A stretch of 64,000 bases of DNA from an uncultured Gemmatimonadales bacterium (GCA_963698975.1 CAVOSV010000001.1:98514-162513); one strand, 5' to 3'; numbered from the stretch's first letter, positions 1-9,935 are shown. The notes: a model not told the origin generated them from the sequence alone. Numbers and translations: made by a program.

Positions 1-390
1 GCGCTCTGGCCCGACCAGCCTTTGCAGGAGCTGCTGGACGAAGCGGAGGCATTCTTCAGCACTGAAGATGCCCGGCTCGCGTCCGTGCTGGTGGCTGAGA
101 AAGCCGGCGAAGGTCTGGTCGGATTCGCCGAGCTGTCACTCCGCCCCTATGCTGAAGATTGCCGCACCACTCCGGTGGCATTCCTCGAGGGCTGGTACGT
201 GACGCCGTCGATGCGGCGGCAGGGTGTCGGCGGAGCGCTGGTGCGCGCAGCCGAGGACTGGGGACGAGCGCAGGGTTGCCGGGAGTTTGGGTCGGACACG
301 CAGTTCGACAACACCACCAGTATTGCGGCACATCTGGCGCTCGGCTTCGACGATGCCGGCGCCCTGCGCTCCTTCCGCAAAGATTTGTAG
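1..390 (+). CDS. GNAT family N-acetyltransferase, aminoglycoside 6'-N-acetyltransferase-like (5' end cut by window edge)
   Basis: Frame 1 is open from nt 1 (ALWPDQPLQELL...) to the stop at 388-390. The translation has the GNAT acetyl-CoA loop RRQGVGGALVRAAEDWGRAQGC and an AAC(6')-I-like C-terminus SIAAHLALGF. Confidence 0.75.
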   Translation, partial: ALWPDQPLQELLDEAEAFFSTEDARLASVLVAEKAGEGLVGFAELSLRPYAEDCRTTPVAFLEGWYVTPSMRRQGVGGALVRAAEDWGRAQGCREFGSDTQFDNTTSIAAHLALGFDDAGALRSFRKDL

Positions 391-402
391 AGGAGAGACC
401 CC

Positions 403-1064
403 ATGCCCGCTGTTCCCCATCCCAAACGGTTCGGCGTTCTCGGCTCGGGCGAGGTGGGCCAGGCGCTGGCCAAGGGGCTCGCCGCCAACGGCTACGAGGC
501 GCGGATCGGAACCCGCTCGCCGGGCAAGCTGGCCAAATTCTCCCGCAGCACCGGGATCGAGGAAGGCACCTTCTCCTCGGTGGCCGCGTGGGGCGAGGCT
601 GCGGTGCTGGCGGTGCTGGGGACAGCGCGCGCTGGAGGCAATCGATCTCGCCGGCGCCCGACAATCTCAATGGCAAGCTGGTGATCGACACCACCAATCC
701 GATCAGCAACGACCCGCCGGTAGACGGGGTGCTTCGCTATTTCACCGGACCCAACGAGTCGCTGATGGAACGGCTGCAGGCGGCGCACCCCCGCATCGCG
801 TTCGTCAAGGCGTTCAATAGCGTGGGCAGCGACCTCATGGTGCACCCGCTCCTGTCCGGCGGTCCGCCCACCATGTTTTTCTGCGGCAACGATGCCGGGG
901 CCAAAGCGGTAGTGGCCCGGCTGCTGGAGCACCTCGGCTGGGAGGGTGCGGATATGGGAAGTGTTGTCGCGGCTCGAGCCCTGGAGCCGCTGGCTCAGCT
1001 CTGGTGCATTCCCGGTTTTCGAGAGAACGACTGGACCCACGCCTTTCGGCTGCTCCGGGTCTGA
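403..1064 (+). pseudogene. NADPH-dependent F420 reductase-like / NAD(P)-binding Rossmann oxidoreductase, frame broken twice
   Basis: The Rossmann motif FGVLGSGEVGQALAKGLAANGYE is in frame 1 (ORF 403..684). ALEAIDLAG is in frame 2. PDNLNGKLVIDTTNP...FFCGNDAGAKAVVARLLEHLGWEGADMG runs to the stop at 1064 in frame 3. The two 1-nt shifts are near 629 and 653. Confidence 0.7.
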
Positions 1065-1102
1065 AGCGGGCCCTTACCCAGCTGACATTCACTGGAGGAG
1101 AC

Positions 1103-1327
1103 ATGTGCAGGAACATCAAGCGTCTGAGACATCCCGATCATCCTCCGACCGACGAGGAGCTGCACAGCGCTGCGTTGCAGTTCGTGCGGAAAATCAGCGG
1201 CTTCCAGGCACCGTCACAGGCCAACCAGGAGGCCTTCGATCGGGCGGTACATGACGTCGCCGCGGTCTCGCGCGCGCTGTTCGATAGCATCCGAGTACGG
1301 GGACGCCCCTATGCCGAGTCGGCATGA
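1103..1327 (+). CDS. DUF2277 family protein
   Basis: Internal ATG at 1103 is preceded by GGAGGAG. MCRNIKRLRH...TDEELHSAALQFVRKISGF matches the conserved DUF2277 N-terminus. Confidence 0.7.
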   Translation: MCRNIKRLRHPDHPPTDEELHSAALQFVRKISGFQAPSQANQEAFDRAVHDVAAVSRALFDSIRVRGRPYAESA

Positions 1328-1659
1328 TCAGCCGTATCTGGCGAGGATGGACTACCGCCCGAAACGCCGATGCATACGAGGGGCTGCTCAAGGCGGAGAT
1401 TTTCACCGGCATCATCGACCGCGGGATCACCGGATTTCAGGGCATGGATCTTCTGCGCCGTGAGGTAGAGGAGGGCGTGGAGTTCGTCACCATCATGTGG
1501 TTCGACTCTCTGCTCGCTGTGCGAACCTTTGCCGGCGAGGACTACGAGCAGGCCGTGGTTCCCGCCAAGGCCCGCCAGCTGCTGATCCGCTTCGATGAGC
1601 GATCGGCCCACTATGAAGTGCGCGAACGGCGGGGGCCTGGCAATGGCCATGCGGCCTGA
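1324..1659 (+). CDS. antibiotic-biosynthesis-monooxygenase (ABM)-like small protein
   Basis: 111-aa ORF with an ATGA overlap onto the preceding gene. Ferredoxin-like ABM pattern (VEFVTIMWFDSLLAVRTFAGEDYEQAV). Confidence 0.55.
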   Translation: MISRIWRGWTTARNADAYEGLLKAEIFTGIIDRGITGFQGMDLLRREVEEGVEFVTIMWFDSLLAVRTFAGEDYEQAVVPAKARQLLIRFDERSAHYEVRERRGPGNGHAA

Positions 1660-1681
1660 CTCTCATCCCGGAGATCCCGAT

Positions 1682-2176
1682 ATGCGCATCGCACCAGTAT
1701 CGGCGGTTCTCGCGGCACTGCTCCTGCTAGTCAGTTCTCCCTCGTCCTCGTCAGCCCAGACTCAGGGGTCCCGCTACATAAATCCGCCGAGCCTCACCAA
1801 ACCCAACGGCTATACCCACGTCGTTGTTGCCCCGGACAACCGCACCGTGTACGTGGCTGGGCAGGTTGCCTTGGACAGTACCGGCCAGCTGATTGGTGCG
1901 GGCGACTTCAAGGCCCAGGCCCAGCGGGTCTACGAGAACCTGCGCCGGGCGTTGACCAGCGTCGGCGGGTCAATGGACGACGTGGTGAAGACCACCACGT
2001 TCATCACTGACATAAAGAACCTGCCGGCCTTGCGCGAAGTCCGGGCCCAGGTCTCCCGGTCCGGCCGCCCGCCCGCCAACACGCTGGTGGTGGTCTCCAG
2101 CCTCGCCCGGCCCGAGCTGATGATCGAAGTCGAGGCCGTTGCCGTGCTGAGTCAGAGCGTGCGCTTTGCGCAGTGA
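1682..2176 (+). CDS. RidA/YjgF/L-PSP family protein with signal peptide
   Basis: Start at MRIAPVSAVLAALLLLVSS (signal-like). Core YVAGQVALDSTGQLIG...DDVVKTTTFITD...IEVEAVAV is typical of RidA. Confidence 0.8.
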   Translation: MRIAPVSAVLAALLLLVSSPSSSSAQTQGSRYINPPSLTKPNGYTHVVVAPDNRTVYVAGQVALDSTGQLIGAGDFKAQAQRVYENLRRALTSVGGSMDDVVKTTTFITDIKNLPALREVRAQVSRSGRPPANTLVVVSSLARPELMIEVEAVAVLSQSVRFAQ

Positions 2177-2239
2177 TGTCACGCTCGAGGTAGTTCTCCA
2201 AGTTCTATCGCCATAGACTCCTGAACTCCGGAGGTTGGG

Positions 2240-2641
2240 GTGCCTCGCTTGTCGCGCCGAGCCGTTCTGGCTCTGAGTTCTATCATCGGCCTTGCGCTCT
2301 GGCTGATCCCGGCCGGCTTTCTTCACCAACCGGTTCCTTGGAACGGCAGCGGTCCCGCGTATCCTCTCACCCTCTTCGGGTGCGGGCTCGTGCTCGGTTT
2401 TCTAGCTCCCGGTCGATCGGGCGCTATTGTTGCCGGCATGTTTCTCGGCCAGCTCGCCGTTCTGCTCTGGCTGGTTGTCGCCAGTCGTGAGAACAGGGCG
2501 CTGTGGCTGGTAGAAGTCGTCATGCTAGCCGGCTACACCTTCGTGGCCACCGGGCTTGGAGCGCTCATCGGCAGCGTCCTGCGTCGCCGAATGCATCCTG
2601 ACCTTCCGGTGGAGCGCCGGGTGTCGGATCGAAGAGCGTGA
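2240..2641 (+). CDS. hypothetical membrane protein
   Basis: 133-aa ORF with a GTG start and four hydrophobic segments. No recognisable family. Confidence 0.5.
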   Translation: MPRLSRRAVLALSSIIGLALWLIPAGFLHQPVPWNGSGPAYPLTLFGCGLVLGFLAPGRSGAIVAGMFLGQLAVLLWLVVASRENRALWLVEVVMLAGYTFVATGLGALIGSVLRRRMHPDLPVERRVSDRRA

Positions 2642-3213
2642 TCATGCCGACACTAGGAGTCCGACCCGACAAATCAGGATCAATTGTGCGCCCACTCTTT
2701 GTTCTAACGGCTCTGGCCCTCACGGCCGGGCTGTTACAGGCCCAGTCCTCTCTCTCACCCGATCAGCTCGCCGACTGGCAGCGGAACCGAACTACGGTGC
2801 TGGCCTACATCGATGCCATGCCCGATTCTGCGACCGGCTTCAGGCCCACCCCGGGCGTCCGGAGCTTCGCTGAGCAGTTCGATCATATCGTGACCACAAA
2901 CCTGGAAGTTGCGGCGGTGGCGCTCAGGGGACAGAAGGCCGCACCCGCCCTCGGTGACAGCTCGGTCTATCTGCACGACAAGGCCGCACTTCGGAAATAC
3001 GCAGCGGCCACCTACGACTATTTCCTCAAGGCGCTGCAGGAGGCCAAGCCCGCACAGTTGAGCAAGCGAGTGGCGATCTACGGTCAGCCGCCTCAGCCGG
3101 CGAGTCGGCTGGCCATGCTCTCGTTCGAGCACTCAGTCTGGACGCTCGGCCAGATCGTACCTTACCTTCGGCTGAACGGAGTCACGCCTCCCGAATACCG
3201 CATGCCGTTCTGA
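2638..3213 (+). CDS. DinB family protein (secreted)
   Basis: GTGA overlap with the upstream gene and a signal-like N-terminus. FAEQFDHIV...FEHSVWTLGQIVPYLRLNG is a DinB_2-type His pattern. Confidence 0.7.
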   Translation: MIMPTLGVRPDKSGSIVRPLFVLTALALTAGLLQAQSSLSPDQLADWQRNRTTVLAYIDAMPDSATGFRPTPGVRSFAEQFDHIVTTNLEVAAVALRGQKAAPALGDSSVYLHDKAALRKYAAATYDYFLKALQEAKPAQLSKRVAIYGQPPQPASRLAMLSFEHSVWTLGQIVPYLRLNGVTPPEYRMPF

Positions 3214-3216
3214 TCG

Positions 3217-5037
3217 ATGGCAAAGATTCACATCGCGGCATCGCTCGCTCTGCTGGTTGTTCCGCCGGCTGCAATGAGTCAAAGTGCTCCGCCGGCCTAT
3301 CACTGCCGCTTTGTGCCGGTGCCGGTACGAGACGGAATTCATCTCAATACCAGTGTGTGCCAGCCAGACGGGCAGCAAGGGCCGCTGCCGTTCCTGCTCA
3401 CCCGCACGCCTTACGGCATCGAGGGTGACACCGTAGTTCCGGAGAGCTATCGGTTCTTTGCCGCCGACGGCTACATCTTCGTGTCCCAGGATATCCGCGG
3501 CAGGTACAAGAGCGAGGGACAGTTCATCATGAATCGCCCGTTGCATGATCCGGGCGATCCCAAGGGAGTCGACGAGAGCACCGACACCTACGACACGGTC
3601 GAGTGGCTTTTGGCCAATGTTCCGGGAAACAACGGGCGGGTCGGAGTCCTCGGCGTCTCCTATCCCGGTTTTCTGGCGACGATGGCCGGGATCAATCCCC
3701 ATCCAGCGGTGAGGGCCATCTCGCCTCAGGCGCCGATGACCGACACCTGGATGGGAGACGATTTCTTCCATCAGGGCGCGTTCCGGCTCTCCTACGGCTT
3801 CGAGTACGCCGGCTCGATGGAGCTGACCACTGACTCTCCGCTGTCCGGCGCGATGCCGATCGACTCCTGGGACACCTACGACTGGTACGCCCGTCTGGGC
3901 TCTCTCGCCAACGTGGATCGGATGTACTTCCACGGAAGGGTTCCCACCTGGCAGGCATTTGTGGCGCATCCGGCTTATGACCGATTCTGGCAGCAGCGGG
4001 CGGTGCAGCGGATCCTCAAGGCTCCGCTGGTCCCCACGCTGACCGTGGGCGGCTGGTGGGATCAGGAAGACCGTTACGGGCCGCTGGCTACCTATGCCGC
4101 GCTCGAGCGGGGAGACAGCAGCAGGCAGAACTTTCTGGTGATGGGTCCCTGGAATCACGGCGGTTGGCGCCGCCCGGCCAACCTCATGCGGATTGTTGAC
4201 CCGGGCACCTATGAGGCCTACCTGCGTGATGTTGAGGCTCCATGGTTCGCGCATTACTTGAAGGATCGAAAGGCAGGAGAGCAACCCGAGGCAATGCTCT
4301 ACGACGCCGGAGCTCGCCGCTGGCGCTCATACGATAGCTGGCCACCCAAGGCTCCGCCCCGAAGTCTCTATCTCCATGGCGGTGGCGCTCTCAGCTTCGA
4401 TCCACCTCGAGCCGGAGAGGCATCCTACGATCAGTACGTTTCGGATCCGGCTCACCCGGTGCCCTATCGCTCTCGGCCAGTGGAGCGCACCTATGATGCT
4501 CGGGGGAGCCGCTGGAAGTTTTGGGAAACAGAGGACCAGCGTTTTGTGGACGGCCGGCCTGATGTTGTGAAGTGGGTATCCGCGCCGCTCGAGGAAGACC
4601 TGCTGGTGGCCGGGAACATCAAAGCCAGCATCGTGGCCTCGACTACGGGACGCGATGCCGACTGGGTGGTGAAATTGATCGACGTCCTCCCCGACAGCGT
4701 TCCGGATAACTGGTCCTGGGGCGGATACGAGCTCATGGTCGCTCACGAGATCATGCGCGGCCGCTATCGCCGGAGCTTCAGCGCCCCAGAGCCGCTGGCT
4801 CCAAACACGCCGCTGGAGTTCACCGTGGATCTGCATCAGCAGAGCTACACCTTCCAGCGGGGACACCGGATCATGGTTCAGATCCAGAGCAGCTGGTTTC
4901 CGCTCTACGACCGGAACCCACAGACCTGGGTGCCCAACATCTTCAAGGCCAAGCCAGGCGACTTCCAGGCCCAAACGCATCGCATCTGGCACACGCCCAA
5001 ACTCGCTTCGCGAATAGAGCTGACCGTTCAACACTGA
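3217..5037 (+). CDS. CocE/NonD family hydrolase (S15 X-Pro dipeptidyl-peptidase-like)
   Basis: 606-aa intact ORF. LLTRTPYG, RGRYKSEG, VGVLGVSYPGF (nucleophile elbow) and a C-terminal jelly-roll (GGYELMVAHEIMRGRYR) are present. Confidence 0.85.
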   Translation: MAKIHIAASLALLVVPPAAMSQSAPPAYHCRFVPVPVRDGIHLNTSVCQPDGQQGPLPFLLTRTPYGIEGDTVVPESYRFFAADGYIFVSQDIRGRYKSEGQFIMNRPLHDPGDPKGVDESTDTYDTVEWLLANVPGNNGRVGVLGVSYPGFLATMAGINPHPAVRAISPQAPMTDTWMGDDFFHQGAFRLSYGFEYAGSMELTTDSPLSGAMPIDSWDTYDWYARLGSLANVDRMYFHGRVPTWQAFVAHPAYDRFWQQRAVQRILKAPLVPTLTVGGWWDQEDRYGPLATYAALERGDSSRQNFLVMGPWNHGGWRRPANLMRIVDPGTYEAYLRDVEAPWFAHYLKDRKAGEQPEAMLYDAGARRWRSYDSWPPKAPPRSLYLHGGGALSFDPPRAGEASYDQYVSDPAHPVPYRSRPVERTYDARGSRWKFWETEDQRFVDGRPDVVKWVSAPLEEDLLVAGNIKASIVASTTGRDADWVVKLIDVLPDSVPDNWSWGGYELMVAHEIMRGRYRRSFSAPEPLAPNTPLEFTVDLHQQSYTFQRGHRIMVQIQSSWFPLYDRNPQTWVPNIFKAKPGDFQAQTHRIWHTPKLASRIELTVQH

Positions 5038-5054
5038 TTGCCGCCAAGGAGATC

Positions 5055-5543
5055 ATGCCGGATAAGCCCCTCAATCACGGAGCCGCCCCCGCAGCCGAGC
5101 GCGAGGTCCGCGTACTGTACGATGAGGTTCTCCGCTGCTGGAACGCGCGCAATGCCGGCGAGTTCGCCCGGTGCTTCAGCCGGAACGGCAACATGGTGGG
5201 CTTCGACGGAAGTCCAGTCGATGGGCAGCAGAATATCGAGGAGCACTTGAGCGAGGTGTTTGGCAGCCATCCCACTGCGGCCTACATCGGGAAGGTCCGC
5301 GAAGTTCGTCTGCTGTCTCCCGGCGTGGTGCTCCTGCGAGCCGTTGCCGGAATGGTGCCGCCGGGCAAGTCGGAGCTGAACCCCGCCGTCAATACGATCC
5401 ACACGCTGGTCGCCGCATCCGAGGGCGACCGCTGGAGAGTGGAGCTGTTCCAGAGCACACCGGCAGCATTCCACGGGCGGCCCGCCGCGGTGGAAGCACT
5501 GACAGCCGAACTCAGGAGGGAGTTGGAGCGGCACCCGATCTAG
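5055..5543 (+). CDS. SgcJ/EcaC family (SnoaL-like/DUF4440 fold) protein
   Basis: 162-aa ORF. REVRVLYDEVLRCWNARNAGEFARCFSRNGNMVGFDG is the typical N-terminus. Confidence 0.7.
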   Translation: MPDKPLNHGAAPAAEREVRVLYDEVLRCWNARNAGEFARCFSRNGNMVGFDGSPVDGQQNIEEHLSEVFGSHPTAAYIGKVREVRLLSPGVVLLRAVAGMVPPGKSELNPAVNTIHTLVAASEGDRWRVELFQSTPAAFHGRPAAVEALTAELRRELERHPI

Positions 5544-6442
5544 CGGGTGCGGCTCCAGCGATCTCGAAGACAGCCCAGGAATGAGTCGCAGCGGGCCGGC
5601 TCGTTCGATGCTACGGCGGCGCTGTCGGCCGGGAGATCCGGCGGAAGCGCATCCAGGCGAGCGGCCATGTCCTCCGGGTCCTCGTCGGACTGATCGGACA
5701 GCTTGGCACCGGCAAGCAGAATCTCCCGGCGGAGCCGAGACGCCGTCCGCATCACGCGCACCGGATACTGCTGGCAGCGGGGCGTGTTGCGGCCGCGGAC
5801 GCATCCGTTATATCGCCGAAGGGCGGCTTCGAGCGACTTGGTCCGTCGCAAGTGCATCTGCAGCAGCCGAGCCCCGTGACAGATGTTGGCCTCCACGTTC
5901 AGGAGGTCACCCGAGAGACAGCGATAGTTTCCGACGTGCATCGGCATGACCTGCATCAAGCCGATGGCGCCCTCGCTGCTGACCGCGCTGGTATCGAACG
6001 GCGCGTTCTCGATCAGGAGCACCGCCGCAAGCACGCTCGGGCTGATGTGGGCTCGGCCGGCTTCATACACCACGGCTGAGGCTACCCGGTCCGCCAGCTC
6101 GGCGTTACGGGTGCGCCGCGCCAGAGCCGTGGCCAGGGGCCGTTCAGCCAGTCGCCTGGTCACCGCCGACTCCATGGCCGCGCTGTCCGTCGCCGTGCGG
6201 GGGCGAACCGGCGCAGACACGCGAGGCTTGGGAGTGCTCGTCTTGCGAGCGCTCGTCCTGGGAGCGCTCGGCTTGGGAGCGCTCGCTCGCGGGACAGCGG
6301 CCGGCACCCGCGCGGGCATGATCCCGGTTGTGGCCAGCGCTGCGGGTGTTCCAGGGCTTGTAGAGGCGCACGCGGACAGCAGGGTCACTGCCGCAAGTCC
6401 ATACGATTTCAGCGCCTTGCCACGACAGATAGCGGGAAACAT
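5540..6442 (-). CDS. lytic transglycosylase (SLT domain) lipoprotein with Ala/Pro/Ser/Lys-rich linker
   Basis: Lipobox LLSAC, a low-complexity SAPKPSAPRTSARKTSTPKP linker, and the SLT catalytic region SSEGAIGLMQVMP. Confidence 0.8.
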   Translation of the reverse strand: MFPAICRGKALKSYGLAAVTLLSACASTSPGTPAALATTGIMPARVPAAVPRASAPKPSAPRTSARKTSTPKPRVSAPVRPRTATDSAAMESAVTRRLAERPLATALARRTRNAELADRVASAVVYEAGRAHISPSVLAAVLLIENAPFDTSAVSSEGAIGLMQVMPMHVGNYRCLSGDLLNVEANICHGARLLQMHLRRTKSLEAALRRYNGCVRGRNTPRCQQYPVRVMRTASRLRREILLAGAKLSDQSDEDPEDMAARLDALPPDLPADSAAVASNEPARCDSFLGCLRDRWSRTR

Positions 6443-6652
6443 GGCGCTCCTCTCGAAGACGTGACGGCAGTATGGCCCGTGCCAGAGGGTCGCTCAAGTG
6501 TTAAAAAGTTGTTCGCGACGAGATTTGGGACACTCAGAATCGGTCACTCGGGGTGGCCGGCCTCGGAAGTGGTGGCGGTGCCTGCTCGATCAGATCGCAT
6601 CTGAGCTGCTGCACCGACTGGCACCCAGGGGGTTCGTTACAAAGGAGGTACA

Positions 6653-7072
6653 ATGCTGCGAAAGAGCTGGGTGCTGGCTGGGATGCTCCTGCTCGCGTGC
6701 GGAGGAGATGACGGCTTCAACCCGACGCCCGAAACCGTGGCGGGAACCTATCAACTCACAACTCTCAAGGAGACGCAGAACGGGATTACCCTGGATCATC
6801 TCGCCCTGGGAGTTACGGCGGAGCTGATCCTGGCGCCCCAAGGCACCGCCACCGGTCACCTCTTTGCTCCCCACAGTGCGGAAGATGGTAGCGACCTGGA
6901 CACCGATGTAACCGGAGGATGGAGCTTGAGCGGCACCACCGTCACCCTGAGCCTGGATCAGGACCTCTTGTTCAACGGCCTTACTCTCACCGCCGAGCCC
7001 AATCAGCTTCGGGGCAACCAGACCCTGCCGGGCAATATTGCGGTCGAGATCGTGTTCACCCGTACGCAGTAA
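6653..7072 (+). CDS. hypothetical lipoprotein
   Basis: GGAGG before the ATG. Lipobox LLLACGG. No family assigned. Confidence 0.6.
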   Translation: MLRKSWVLAGMLLLACGGDDGFNPTPETVAGTYQLTTLKETQNGITLDHLALGVTAELILAPQGTATGHLFAPHSAEDGSDLDTDVTGGWSLSGTTVTLSLDQDLLFNGLTLTAEPNQLRGNQTLPGNIAVEIVFTRTQ

Positions 7073-7083
7073 GCGGATTCCTC

Positions 7084-8032
7084 GTGCAACGATCCATTCT
7101 GGGGCTGCACCATGTGACCGCCACGGTAAACGAGGCCCAGCCCGACCTCGATTTCTACCGCAGTACTCTCGGTCTTCGGCTGGTGAAGAAGACGGTGAAC
7201 TTCGACAATCACAACGTCTACCACTTCTACTATGGAGACGAGCGGGGCGCGCCGGGAACCATCTGGACCACCTTTCCCTACGGCGGCTGGGGCGTGGCAC
7301 CTGGCCGGCACGGCGCTGGCCAGATCACCACCACCTCCTTCTCGGTACCTGCAGGATCGCTTTCGCGTTGGATGCGTCCGGTTGCAAGCCAAAGGCCTAT
7401 TGGTCCAGCAGAACAGTGCCAACGGGAGGAACGCGATCATCGTCACCGACCCCTCCGGACTTCAGGTCCGACTGATCGAGGCGGCGGACGACCCTCGAAC
7501 ACCGTGGACCGGGAACGGCCTTTCTGCAGACATGGCCATTAGAGGTCTCCATGGTGTGACGCTGACGGTAACGGCCCCGGAAGCGAGCGTGAGCTTTGCC
7601 CGGGAGTTGCTCGGCTTCGAGGTCGTAGATGAAGCAGAAGGTCTGGTGCGGCTGGCCGTGAATGGCGATCTGCCGGGCCACGCCCTGGAGCTGAGTTATG
7701 GAGACGACGCTCCTCCAGCACGCAACGGGCTGGGCACGGTGCACCACGTTGCCCTAGCCATTACCGATGAAGACGAACAGAGACGGCTGCGGCAAGAACT
7801 GATCTCTCGCGGCATTTCTGTTACCGAGGTGCTGGACCGGCAGTATTTCCGTTCGATCTACTTCCGCGAGCCCGGAGGGGTGCTCTACGAGGCAGCTACG
7901 ATCGCTCCCGGATTCACTGTGGACGAGCCGCTCGCGGGATTAGGACAGGAGCTCAAGCTTCCTCCGTGGGAGGAAAAGAATCGCGCGGAGATCGAGCGCA
8001 ATCTGCCGGTCATTGACCCAGCTCAGCGTTGA
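7084..8032 (+). pseudogene. ring-cleaving dioxygenase / VOC (glyoxalase) family, two-domain, one frameshift
   Basis: GTG at 7084 gives ILGLHHVTATVNEAQPDLDFYRSTLGLRLVKKTVNFD in frame 1. RLQAKGLLVQQ...IRGLHGVTLTV...VHHVALAI...YFRSIYFREPGGVLYE continues in frame 2. The shift is near 7378 (cgtCCgg). Confidence 0.75.
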
Positions 8033-8762
8033 TTCTGAGTACCGTCTCGTGCGCCACGCGCTGCAGCATCATTACGGTACCGGCAGGCACCGACAGGGTC
8101 TGCCCCTGCACCACCGCCTGCTCCGGAAGCCGCTGCGCGTCGTGCCCGGTGATTCCCTCATATACCACCAGTGCAGCAAGGTACGTCCCCAGCGGAGCCG
8201 GGTGAAACCCATCGGGACCGTAGAGCGGTAGCGCGGGATCCTCCGCCCAGGCGGCGCGCCAGGCTTCCCCCGCCGGGAAACAGGGCCCGTCCACGGCGCG
8301 TGCCGCGTCCAGACAGGATTGCAAGACGCCATCGAACACCGCCCGATCGGGCGCTGCGGGCCAGGCCATCAACTGTGCCGTGCGCCCTCCCCCAGCGCGC
8401 ACGTCTGGGTCGAGCAGCTTCGCGGCCAGGATCAGCGTATCACGACCTATTTGCTGACTGGTCGGCCCTTGCTGCAGCACCACGAAGTCCCAGCCGCCTC
8501 GGTGCAGCACGTCGACCGCGTCGCTCCCGCCGTACACGTGGTCGATCACGGCGAAATTGGGCCGGGTGACGGCTTCGGTCACGATGGTGTCATTCACCGA
8601 GGCGGCGAGCTGCGCCACGGTTCCGGGAAGATCATTGGAAGCGGTGAGGCTGTTGCCGATGAACAGCACGCGATAGCCGCCGCCCGGCTCGGGTGCTGCC
8701 GGAGGGTTCCCGCCAGCGCAGGCGGCAAGCAGTGACAGAGCTGTGAGGAGGCGTGAGATCAT
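8010..8762 (-). CDS. SGNH/GDSL-like hydrolase lipoprotein
   Basis: Start at MISRLLTALSLLAACAGG (lipobox). Block I variant VLFIGNSLT and a C-terminal DGFHP motif. Confidence 0.7.
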   Translation of the reverse strand: MISRLLTALSLLAACAGGNPPAAPEPGGGYRVLFIGNSLTASNDLPGTVAQLAASVNDTIVTEAVTRPNFAVIDHVYGGSDAVDVLHRGGWDFVVLQQGPTSQQIGRDTLILAAKLLDPDVRAGGGRTAQLMAWPAAPDRAVFDGVLQSCLDAARAVDGPCFPAGEAWRAAWAEDPALPLYGPDGFHPAPLGTYLAALVVYEGITGHDAQRLPEQAVVQGQTLSVPAGTVMMLQRVAHETVLRINAELGQ

Positions 8763-8985
8763 GCCGAGGTCGCGGGTGTTTCCATCGGGGACGAGAACCG
8801 GCTGCCGCAAGACACACGAAACCCGCCGCCCTCCTCACCCGTCCTCGGTGCTAGGCGAAAGGAGCAGATACCATGAGACGTTCAATCTCCGTCCCTCACG
8901 GTCCTCAGTGGGGCTTCGGCGCATCGGTCGACCGGTTGCCGTTGATCCGCTCGGCCGCGGAATACGGGCTCCTGAGGTCAGCGAA

Positions 8986-9717
8986 ATGACACCAGCTGAT
9001 CGTTCGCTCGCGTCCGCCGTGTTGATGGCGCTGGGGCTGGCGCTCGGCGGATGGTTCATCGGTCATGGGTTTGCCAGCGGACGGGCCTCAGATCGGTTCG
9101 TTGAAGTGAAGGGTTTGGCCGAGCGGGAGGTCACCGCCGATCTGGCGCTGTGGCCGTTGCGATACGTGAGCACGGGCGACGATCTCACGGCAGCCCAGGC
9201 CCAGATCACCCGCAATACCCGGCAAGTGTTTGCCTTTCTCAGCCGGAACGGGATCGATACTACCGCGGTGCAGCTCCAGGCGCTGGAGGTGTCCGACGCC
9301 TTCGCCAACCGGTTCCCGGGCGAGCGCGCCGGCCCCCGCTACGTCATCCAGCAAACCGTCATGGTGCGGTCGAGGAAACCGGACGTAGTAATGGCTGCCA
9401 GCCAGCGGGTCAGCGAGCTGGTGGGCGCCGGCGTGGTCTTGTCTTCCAGTGGAGAATACGGCATCGGCGGTCCCACCTTCATTTTCACCAGGCTCAACCA
9501 GCTCAAGCCTTCGATGGTCAAGGAAGCCACCGCCAACGCCCGGGCGGCCGCCCAACAGTTCGCCGCCGATTCCAGAAGCGGGCTGGGCAGCATTCGACAG
9601 GCCAGCCAGGGAATTTTCGTCATACTGCCCAGGGATCAAGCCCCCGGAGTCAACGAGGGAGCTCAGCTTCAGAAAATTGTCCGGGTAGTCTCGACGGTTC
9701 AGTACTTCCTGCGATGA
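8986..9717 (+). CDS. SIMPL domain-containing protein (DUF541)
   Basis: Internal ATG at 8986 with an N-terminal TM segment. EVKGLAEREVTADLALW...EATANARAAAQQFAADSRSGLG matches the SIMPL pattern. Confidence 0.8.
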   Translation: MTPADRSLASAVLMALGLALGGWFIGHGFASGRASDRFVEVKGLAEREVTADLALWPLRYVSTGDDLTAAQAQITRNTRQVFAFLSRNGIDTTAVQLQALEVSDAFANRFPGERAGPRYVIQQTVMVRSRKPDVVMAASQRVSELVGAGVVLSSSGEYGIGGPTFIFTRLNQLKPSMVKEATANARAAAQQFAADSRSGLGSIRQASQGIFVILPRDQAPGVNEGAQLQKIVRVVSTVQYFLR

Positions 9718-9935
9718 GTGGGCAGTTTGGCCCACCCGGGGGCAGGCAGTTGACTGAAAACCATTTCGGTGACAGTATGGCACGGGGACGCGAGGTTCGT
9801 GGGCGTCCCTTCGGCAGACTTCTGCATCTGAGCCACCCTTGCCTGACTCTGCACGTTCCGACAACACGACCAGGCTTCCAGGCCCCACGGGGAGGGCTCG
9901 GAGTACGCCCATGAGTTACGCCGAGCGCTGAACCA

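Noticed and set aside
403-1064. Programmed ribosomal frameshifting or recoding as the explanation for the broken frames
   Set aside because: The shifts occur in 15 unrelated genes, sometimes two to eight per gene. They have no slippery heptamer or downstream structure, and they go in whichever direction an extra or missing base dictates. Indel error or mutation is far more parsimonious.
6225-6290. Near-tandem DNA repeats (GGGAGCGCTCG...) as a non-coding VNTR
   Set aside because: They lie inside the SLT lipoprotein gene and simply encode its low-complexity SAPKPSAP-type linker.
9718-9935. Cobalamin or TPP riboswitch in the 218-nt leader of the TonB-dependent receptor
   Set aside because: I could find no B12 box and no TPP CUGAGA...ACCUGA core. 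Only a generic hairpin (GGGACGC...GCGTCCC) is present.
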